Below, piece after piece: positions 57,132 to 64,000 of a stretch of DNA of 64,000 nucleotides. The DNA is taken from contig JBAZSB010000002.1 in NCBI GenBank assembly GCA_041662625.1, positions 12,024 to 76,023 on the forward strand, in the 5' to 3' direction. The notes under the pieces were generated by a model. That model searched no databases. It was not told the DNA's origin and saw only the letters and a program-made list of their open reading frames with translations. The stretch is from Patescibacteria group bacterium (GTDB lineage: Bacteria; Patescibacteriota; Patescibacteriia; Buchananbacterales; UBA6539). The position numbers were made by a program, and so were the translations under genes. Each line of letters starts with the position of its first letter. Within the stretch, counting starts at the first letter, position 1.

Positions 57132-57344
57132 ATGCGCATTAATGCCAAAAAATTAGGCAAAAACATCAAAAACAAACGGCTAAGAAAAGGCATCTCACAA
57201 GAGATGCTGGCCCGAGCCGCTAATTTGAAGCTCTCTAATTTAGCGAAATTAGAGGGCGGTTTTAATTCTAATCCAACTTTAGAAACACTGGCTAGTATTG
57301 CCGGTGTTTTAACTAACGGGAGTATCGATGCCTTGGTTAGATAG
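57132..57344 (+). CDS. XRE-family helix-turn-helix transcriptional regulator
   Basis: KNKRLRKGISQEMLARAANLKLSNLAKLEGG matches the HTH_3 pattern; 70 aa. Confidence 0.8.
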   Translation: MRINAKKLGKNIKNKRLRKGISQEMLARAANLKLSNLAKLEGGFNSNPTLETLASIAGVLTNGSIDALVR

Positions 57345-60300
57345 AAAAAGACTACTAAAATCTAGACTGGAAAACCTCCGGGAGGCAGGTAAGTTCTTGG
57401 GGTTGTCAATTTTATCTATCATTTTGGTTTTGTTTATCTTAGGCTGGGTCGCTTATGCTTTCCAAGCTTCGGCGGCAACCGGCATCAATTCTCAACTCAA
57501 CTACCAAGGTAAACTTAACGACAGTAGTGGCGTAGCAGTAAGTGACGGGACCTACAACATTAAACTGGCAATTTATGCTGCCAGTAGTGGTGGGACCTGT
57601 CTTTGGACTGCAGTTGGATCTTGCGCTGATGGCAATGTGGCAACAACCACAGTTACCACAGTCAACGGAGTCTTTTCGGTAACTTTGGGTGGATCGGGCC
57701 AAAATTCGTTAGCCACTTCAACGATTGCTACTGTTTACAAATGGAATACTGATAGTTTGTATTTAGGAGTGACGATTCGAGGCACGACTGCTTCTCCTGT
57801 CTACGATGAAGAAATGACGCCAAGAAAGAGAATTACTTCGTCAGCTTATGCTTTCAATGCTGATTTGGTGGATGGGATCAGTGCGACTTCAACTGCTGCT
57901 GTGGCCAACGAACTTTTAGCTTTAGATGCTTTTGGTAATTTGAATTTGTTTAATCAAGGGGTATCGAGTACTTATGCCACGACCAGCTGGTTATTGGTTA
58001 GAGAAAGCTCAACGATGAAAGAACTTAATGCCACTTCAACTAACGTTGATAATTTAACAGTGTTTAATACTGGGACCTTTAACTGGCTGTCAGCCACGAC
58101 ATCGTTAGACTACTGGTTTAATGCTTCGTCGACTTTGGGTAGCTGGGATTATTTAAAGATGAAACCAGCCACTTCCACCGTCTTAAGCTTGCTTGATTCG
58201 GATTATCGGATTTCAACTTTGAATGCGACGAGCACTCTGACTGACCACAGCACGACAACCGGCAACTTATATACCGGCAGACTTTGTTTTGCCAACGGCA
58301 ACTGCTATGACGATATCACCACCATTTTAAGCGGCGTCGAGTTCTTCTTACATGAAGATGATTCCGATGTGGTGGGCTACGAAAAGCTGTTGCGCGATCC
58401 GGCCAGTGGCGCTCAGACCACTGATTTCTGTAATGCGGAAGACAGCCTTTATTGCGCGATTGATGAATATGTCACGGAAACTGACGATCTTAATACGACC
58501 GTTATTCCTTCAGGAACCTGGTCGTTTCATACTTTTATCAATATTGATTCTAATACGGGCGTGTCAAATATGGTGATTAGGGTTTATGCCCGAACCGCCG
58601 GCGGGGCGGAAACCCAGCTGTTTAGCGCCACTTCCACCGAGTTGACTACCGGGCTTAAAGAATACCAGATCAGTACGGTCCAGTCTGAATTCAATATTAA
58701 TACTACCGATCGCTTGGTCGTCAAATACTTGGGCTGGTCTACCTCAGCCGCCGCCCGAACCATCACCTTATATTATGAAGGCACGGCTAATTATTCTCAT
58801 TTAGTGACACCCTTTACCGTGGTTGATTTAGGTTCTTATGTCCAACGCAATATCAATGAGACAATTACGGCTAATTGGATTTACAATTCATTGACAACTT
58901 TTTCTGATTTACGAGCTACGACTTTGAATGCCACGACGACTAATGTTGATAATCTCAAAGTCTTGAATACGGGTACCTTTAACTGGTTATCGGCCACTTC
59001 ATCTTTAGATTACTGGTTTAATGCATCATCGACCTTAGCTTCTGGTTTGAGCCAGTGGTACTACCCCTGGACTGGGGCCATTACGCCAACCAGTTCAGTT
59101 GGTATATTTGTTAATGCGTCCTCAACGATTGCGGCTAACTTTAGGGTGGATGGGAATGCGACGACAACTGGCCACTTTGAAGCGGATTCCAATTTCTATG
59201 TCAAAGACGGCATGGTTAGTATCGGTATAGAGCCAGGGATATTTGCCGGAGCATCTACTTTCATCAACTATGAAACCTGGACAGGAAATACTGGCACTCT
59301 TATCAGCAATAATTTTATATCTACCTTCAGCCCAACAACTAATTCTAATTCTTTGAACGTTGGTATAAATAATGATGCAACTGGCAATGGCACAGAACAC
59401 CAGACTTATATTGCCGGTTATCTTGGTACCACTAATTATGAAGGTACGGCTAGTCTAGAAAATCTAATTGGCCTGCAATCAACTGCTGAATTAGCCAATG
59501 CTGGAAGCGTGACCAGTACGGTAGCAATTGGCGGTCTGATTAATAATGGCATAGCTGATACTGATGGGGGCGGAGATATGACCAATGCTTATGTTTTTAA
59601 CAGCGCTTTTACCATCGGCACCCAGGCCGGAACTATTGCCAATGCCTATATGTATAATAGCAATGGATTTGTACTAAATGGTGGCACAATTACTAACGCT
59701 TACGGGTTAAATTTGGAAACACCAGCCTACAATGGTGGCACAATTACTAATTTGTATGGCATCTATATTGATAACCAAACTGGTGCTACCAATAACTATG
59801 CAATTTATACCAATACGGGTAACGTCAGATTTGGTGATGACTTATTAGTGGTGGGTAATGCCACGACTTCCGGTTACTTGGTTGTAGGCACAACTAACCC
59901 CACCACCAATTTGGGTGCCGGTGACTTGTTGGTGGGTAGAAATGCGACCACAACCAACCATTTTGAAGCTGATTCTACTTTTTATGTCAAAGAAGGACAA
60001 GTTGGCATTGCTACATCAACACCTTGGGCAACCTATGAATTAGCCGTGAATGGTGAGGCGATAATCACTGGCGATACTTTAATTAATAATGATTTGTATG
60101 TTGCTGAAAGCTATGCAGCTGATGGCGCCAACGGCAATCTATTTTTAGGCAGAAACGTCGGTAATTGGGAAAGCTTAATTTGGAACGTATCCAACAATCA
60201 ATTTGAGCTTTCGGATGAGTTAGCAGTTACAGGTAACCTTTATGTCTCTGGCTATGCCAGTACTACTAACTTGGTTTTAGGCAATGATGGGTCAAACCTC

Positions 60301-63300
60301 GGGACTTATGCTGACTTGTACGTTAATTCTGGAAACTTATTCTTTAATGGGACTCAGTTGACTGGTTCTTCTGGACTTTCTTTCTGGCAGTATAATCCCG
60401 GCTTGAGTAATAGTACCTATAAGGCGATTTCGCCAACTTCGACTGACATTGGTATTTTTGTCACGGCGTCTTCGACGATTGCCGCTAACTTCAGAGTGGA
60501 TGGGAATGCGACGACAACGGGTAATACTTCTTTACAAGGTACTTTATATGTTAAAGATGGTAACGTCGGCATTGGGACATCAACACCACAACAAGAATTA
60601 TTTGTCAATAATTCAACGGGTGAAGCTGATATTGTAATGAGTAGTGCGCTTAATAATGATGTTAATCTTAGATGGACTATTGAAGGAAAAAATAAATTTA
60701 ATATCTTTTATGATGCTAGTGATGGTGATTTGGCTTTTTATGATAACGTGGGTGTAGCTCAAAGAATGACGATTGATACAACTGGCAATGTCGGTATTGG
60801 CACGACTGCCCCGGGAGATCTATTAAGTGTTAATGGCAAAACTTTCTTGGGTGGCAATGCTTCGACGACTGGGACATTAGTTGTCAATGCTCAATCAGGT
60901 TATACTGGCTGGGCCGCACCAACCAACACTTTCACTGTCGTTGGCTCAGGGTTGTTTACCGGTAATGCCACGACTTCGGGTAACTTTACCGCTCAAAATA
61001 CTTTGTATGTTAAAGATGACAATGTCGGCATTGGGACGGCGAGCCCAAGAGCAAAATTAGAAGTAAAAAGTGCAGGAACTATAGTTACTTTCCCCGCTGG
61101 AACGCAAGATTTAATTATTGATAATTATTCAGCCGCAGCGGCCTCAGAAGCAGCAATTTTATTAGGTGGTTCGGGGACAGGCGGATATGGTATCTATTCA
61201 AAAATTTTACAGACTAATAATGGCAATTTTGGTTCTCTTCAATTTCAGTCAAGGGCTGATGCCGCAGGGACTGGCTGGACAACACGAATGACAATTGACG
61301 CTACCGCTGGCAATGTCGGTATTGGTTTAACCGCTCCCGGGTATAAACTTGATGTCTTAGGTACAGCTTCAACCACTGATTTATACGTTGGCGGTAATTT
61401 GGCCCGGACTTCGACTTCTACTAATATCTATGGCGGCATGATTGTTGATACTGATACTTTGGTGGTTAATGCCAATGAGAACCGGGTGGGAATTGGGACG
61501 GCGAGTCCGGCATATCCATTAGATATTTACACTGCAAGCGGCGACGCTAATTTGAGAGTTAAATCAAATACTGATGACGCCAACATCTCTCTTACTTCAA
61601 ACGGTGATGGAGTTGGTACCGAGAAAAGTCAAATAACATTTATAGATAATGTGACCTCAAAATGGACTATTGGTAAAAGCGATGATAACAATTTCTTATT
61701 ATATGATTACACTCGTGGAAGCACAATTTTTAGAGCTTATGCTAACGGGAATTTAGCGTTAATGGAGAACGGTGGCAATGTCGGTATTGGCACGACTGCC
61801 CCGGGAGATCTATTAAGTGTTAATGGCAAAACTTTCTTGGGTGGCAATGCTTCGACGACTGGGACATTAGTCGTCAACGCTCAATCAGGCTATTCTGGCT
61901 GGGCCGCACCAACCAACACTTTAACCGTGGTTGGGTCCGGTTACTTTACTACTAATTTGAGAGTATCAGGCAACGCCACGACTTCGGGTAACCTTAATGT
62001 CTCTGGCTATGCTTCAACTACTAACTTAGTCCTAGCTGACGGGGCGTCTAACCTAGGAACTTACTCTGATTTGTATGTTAATTCTGGGAATCTATTCTTT
62101 AATGGTACCCAGTTAACTGGCTCTAATGGTTTGGCTTTCTGGCAGTATAATCCCGGCTTGAGTAATAGTACCTATAAGGCGATTTCGCCAACTTCAACTG
62201 ACATTGGTTTCTTTGTTAATGCTTCTTCAACGGTGGCGGCAAACTTCCGGGTGGATGGGAATGCGACGACGACTGGCAATACTACCTTACAAAATACTTT
62301 GTATGTTAAAGATAGTAGCGTCGGGATTGGGACAACTGATTTAACTGACTACAAATCAAGTGGCAATAATTATTCCAGTGAATTAGTTGTAGATTTAGCT
62401 AGCACAGTAACTACTTGGAATACTGCTCAATCTCAACTTACACTAAGAAATTCCAATACGACGGCTAACAACTGGTCTGGACTCGCTTTTGCATCCAACG
62501 ACGGCACAAATACTGCTTATGGTGCTGCCATAGCCGCTCAATTCACAGACAGGACAGCTGGCGGCTGGACGAGCGCTGAACTAGCATTTTTTACTGGTAC
62601 TAAAGGAGCGGCTCCTTTGGAAAGAATGAGAATAGACAAAAGTGGCAATGTCGGGATTGGACTTACCCCAGTTGCTGGAAGAAAACTCCAGGTTACATCT
62701 GGTGCTTCAGAGCATCCTCTTTGGCTCCAGACAGCTGATCGGTGGGGTGGGTTAACATTATCTGATACAGCTGACAATATTATGATGTATGTCTATCCAG
62801 ATGATGCTGATTTGGGTGGAACAATACTTAACCTTCGTGATGCTGGAACTACAAAAGTAATGATAGATACTGATGGTGATACTTATTTCAATGGCGGCAA
62901 TGTCGGGATTGGGACGACTATACCTTTGACAAAATTGCAAGTTGGAGTTGATAATGCGGGAGAGGCATTATCAATGGGTTCACTTGTGCCACAAGTGGCG
63001 ATAATGGGAGCGCAAAATAATACATCAGAAGATAGTATTTTGAGATTAATAAGGCCTACTTATTCAGGTAATTTATATCCTGCATCAGTTGATTTTAAAA
63101 TGAGCACTTGGAATTCACTTGGTTGTGTTAATGGTTGTGCATCTAGAACCAAACTTACAATTGGGTTAAAAGATGGCACTTTATACGACACCAGTAATGT
63201 TGCGGATATTATGACATTATTATCAAGTGGTAATGTCGGTATTGGCACGACTGCCCCTTACTACAAGCTTGAAGTTTCAGCGCCAACTGCTACTACCACT

Positions 63301-64000
63301 TTGTATGTGGTGGGCAATACCAGATTAGAAGGCAATGCCACCACTACTGGTAATGTCTACCTTGGCACTAATCAAAATAACTTTGTCCGGTTAGAAGATG
63401 GCCAGGTTGACTCTCTTAGTCTAGCACCTGCTACTTCGACGGTTTTAATTTTTGATAGTCAAGCTTATTGGTCTGATGACAGTACTTATTTAGACGGCCA
63501 AACTTTATTATCAAACAAAGGTACTAATCATCCATATTTTTCTATAGATATGACTTATAGTGAAATGGTGGCAGGTCCAGTCGTAACCAGTAAAGATGTA
63601 TTTTCAGTAATGCATACTAGCAGTGGCGATAGTGTTGGTATTGGTTTAGAAAATGGTGCTAATAGTGATTTAATTTGGTTTGATACTTGGGGTACGTATC
63701 AACAAGGAAGACAAGGAACTCAATATTTTGGCTGGCTAGATACCCTAAATGAATTTTATCTAACGAATAATTTTGCTATTTCTGGCAATGCCACCACCAC
63801 CGGCTGGCTGACGGTTGGAATAGTCTCTCCGGCTCGGACTTGGGCAACGGGTGATGCCAGTATCGGCAACCGCCTCTTAGTGGATGAAGACATTTATGTT
63901 GGTGAATCTGCTAGTAATGATGATGATTCCATATTCTTTGATGCCGGTAATGAATCTATCGTCTGGGATGATAGCCCAGGAGAATTTGACTTTAGCGATG
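57328..64000 (+). CDS. Partial giant secreted, repeat-rich surface protein (>2,200 aa in window) with tail-fibre-like 'GNVGIGTTAP / GNATTTG...LYVKDG' beta-helix repeats; N-terminal signal/anchor; continues past the window end
   Basis: Frame established by hand: ATG at 57328 (MPWLDRKRLLKSRLENLREAGKFLGLSILSIILVLFILGWVAYAFQASAATGINSQ...) overlaps the XRE stop by 17 nt. The frame stays open through sampled blocks to 64000. No complete ORFs >=60 aa occur on the + strand over 6.6 kb in the track (expected when the long frame has no stop in the window). Internal DNA repeats: 60238-60575 ~ 61997-62335; 60781-60960 ~ 61781-61960; 58020-58140 ~ 58930-59050. Confidence 0.6.
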   Translation, partial: MPWLDRKRLLKSRLENLREAGKFLGLSILSIILVLFILGWVAYAFQASAATGINSQLNYQGKLNDSSGVAVSDGTYNIKLAIYAASSGGTCLWTAVGSCADGNVATTTVTTVNGVFSVTLGGSGQNSLATSTIATVYKWNTDSLYLGVTIRGTTASPVYDEEMTPRKRITSSAYAFNADLVDGISATSTAAVANELLALDAFGNLNLFNQGVSSTYATTSWLLVRESSTMKELNATSTNVDNLTVFNTGTFNWLSATTSLDYWFNASSTLGSWDYLKMKPATSTVLSLLDSDYRISTLNATSTLTDHSTTTGNLYTGRLCFANGNCYDDITTILSGVEFFLHEDDSDVVGYEKLLRDPASGAQTTDFCNAEDSLYCAIDEYVTETDDLNTTVIPSGTWSFHTFINIDSNTGVSNMVIRVYARTAGGAETQLFSATSTELTTGLKEYQISTVQSEFNINTTDRLVVKYLGWSTSAAARTITLYYEGTANYSHLVTPFTVVDLGSYVQRNINETITANWIYNSLTTFSDLRATTLNATTTNVDNLKVLNTGTFNWLSATSSLDYWFNASSTLASGLSQWYYPWTGAITPTSSVGIFVNASSTIAANFRVDGNATTTGHFEADSNFYVKDGMVSIGIEPGIFAGASTFINYETWTGNTGTLISNNFISTFSPTTNSNSLNVGINNDATGNGTEHQTYIAGYLGTTNYEGTASLENLIGLQSTAELANAGSVTSTVAIGGLINNGIADTDGGGDMTNAYVFNSAFTIGTQAGTIANAYMYNSNGFVLNGGTITNAYGLNLETPAYNGGTITNLYGIYIDNQTGATNNYAIYTNTGNVRFGDDLLVVGNATTSGYLVVGTTNPTTNLGAGDLLVGRNATTTNHFEADSTFYVKEGQVGIATSTPWATYELAVNGEAIITGDTLINNDLYVAESYAADGANGNLFLGRNVGNWESLIWNVSNNQFELSDELAVTGNLYVSGYASTTNLVLGNDGSNLGTYADLYVNSGNLFFNGTQLTGSSGLSFWQYNPGLSNSTYKAISPTSTDIGIFVTASSTIAANFRVDGNATTTGNTSLQGTLYVKDGNVGIGTSTPQQELFVNNSTGEADIVMSSALNNDVNLRWTIEGKNKFNIFYDASDGDLAFYDNVGVAQRMTIDTTGNVGIGTTAPGDLLSVNGKTFLGGNASTTGTLVVNAQSGYTGWAAPTNTFTVVGSGLFTGNATTSGNFTAQNTLYVKDDNVGIGTASPRAKLEVKSAGTIVTFPAGTQDLIIDNYSAAAASEAAILLGGSGTGGYGIYSKILQTNNGNFGSLQFQSRADAAGTGWTTRMTIDATAGNVGIGLTAPGYKLDVLGTASTTDLYVGGNLARTSTSTNIYGGMIVDTDTLVVNANENRVGIGTASPAYPLDIYTASGDANLRVKSNTDDANISLTSNGDGVGTEKSQITFIDNVTSKWTIGKSDDNNFLLYDYTRGSTIFRAYANGNLALMENGGNVGIGTTAPGDLLSVNGKTFLGGNASTTGTLVVNAQSGYSGWAAPTNTLTVVGSGYFTTNLRVSGNATTSGNLNVSGYASTTNLVLADGASNLGTYSDLYVNSGNLFFNGTQLTGSNGLAFWQYNPGLSNSTYKAISPTSTDIGFFVNASSTVAANFRVDGNATTTGNTTLQNTLYVKDSSVGIGTTDLTDYKSSGNNYSSELVVDLASTVTTWNTAQSQLTLRNSNTTANNWSGLAFASNDGTNTAYGAAIAAQFTDRTAGGWTSAELAFFTGTKGAAPLERMRIDKSGNVGIGLTPVAGRKLQVTSGASEHPLWLQTADRWGGLTLSDTADNIMMYVYPDDADLGGTILNLRDAGTTKVMIDTDGDTYFNGGNVGIGTTIPLTKLQVGVDNAGEALSMGSLVPQVAIMGAQNNTSEDSILRLIRPTYSGNLYPASVDFKMSTWNSLGCVNGCASRTKLTIGLKDGTLYDTSNVADIMTLLSSGNVGIGTTAPYYKLEVSAPTATTTLYVVGNTRLEGNATTTGNVYLGTNQNNFVRLEDGQVDSLSLAPATSTVLIFDSQAYWSDDSTYLDGQTLLSNKGTNHPYFSIDMTYSEMVAGPVVTSKDVFSVMHTSSGDSVGIGLENGANSDLIWFDTWGTYQQGRQGTQYFGWLDTLNEFYLTNNFAISGNATTTGWLTVGIVSPARTWATGDASIGNRLLVDEDIYVGESASNDDDSIFFDAGNESIVWDDSPGEFDFSD

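Noticed and set aside
57439-63248. Small minus-strand ORFs (57439..57702, 58584..58766, 59122..59400, 60417..60608, 62538..62940, 63060..63248)
   Set aside because: All lie antisense to the long open + frame of the giant repeat protein and have no motifs; treated as artefacts.
1-64000. CRISPR arrays, rRNA and tRNA genes
   Set aside because: No regularly spaced direct repeats with unique spacers were seen; the repeat families present are palindromic or tandem without spacers. No rRNA-like conserved stretches or convincing tRNA T-arm (GTTCRANYC) cloverleaf candidates were found by eye.

Overview
The window has an AT-rich (~35-42% GC), tightly packed backbone with few Shine-Dalgarno sites that looks like a small-genome CPR/Patescibacteria-type bacterium. 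Backbone genes are rpoB-rpoC, ftsK, recA, rpsF-ssb-rpsR-efp, ychF, glyA-folD, a MurE-like ligase and a THUMP RNA methyltransferase. Four strongly GC-rich blocks (~55-60% GC) with GGAGG-type ribosome-binding sites interrupt it: ~2850-4230, ~9760-14220, ~24640-25600 and ~27440-35310. The last block carries a lower purine-pathway module (PurC-PurE fusion, PurB-like, PurH, adenylate-kinase-like) together with a Gfo/Idh/MocA oxidoreductase and a BFN nuclease, all behind a shared conserved upstream element. The second block is one 1.46-kaa secreted CHAP + CARDB/Ig + 2xPPC protein. Other notable content: a tight operon of a 7TM membrane protein, SAM methyltransferase, N-acyl-amino-acid-synthase-like GNAT, 7TM-GAF histidine kinase and class IV aminotransferase (4314-9534); a PIF1-like helicase / PolB-exo-like exonuclease / NYN / GreA-C-like cluster; and an XRE repressor with a perfect palindromic operator overlapping the start of a very large repeat-rich tail-fibre-like surface protein (57328 to window end, absent from the ORF track because it has no stop in the window). 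Several small repeat families are present: REP-like nested hairpins, a TTTGGAATTTG tandem element inserted in-frame in two genes, a recurring AACATAGCGC motif upstream of at least eight genes, and GACGGC repeat pairs. Two candidate structured RNAs were found (35354-35552 and 38640-38880). No CRISPR array, rRNA or convincing tRNA was found.
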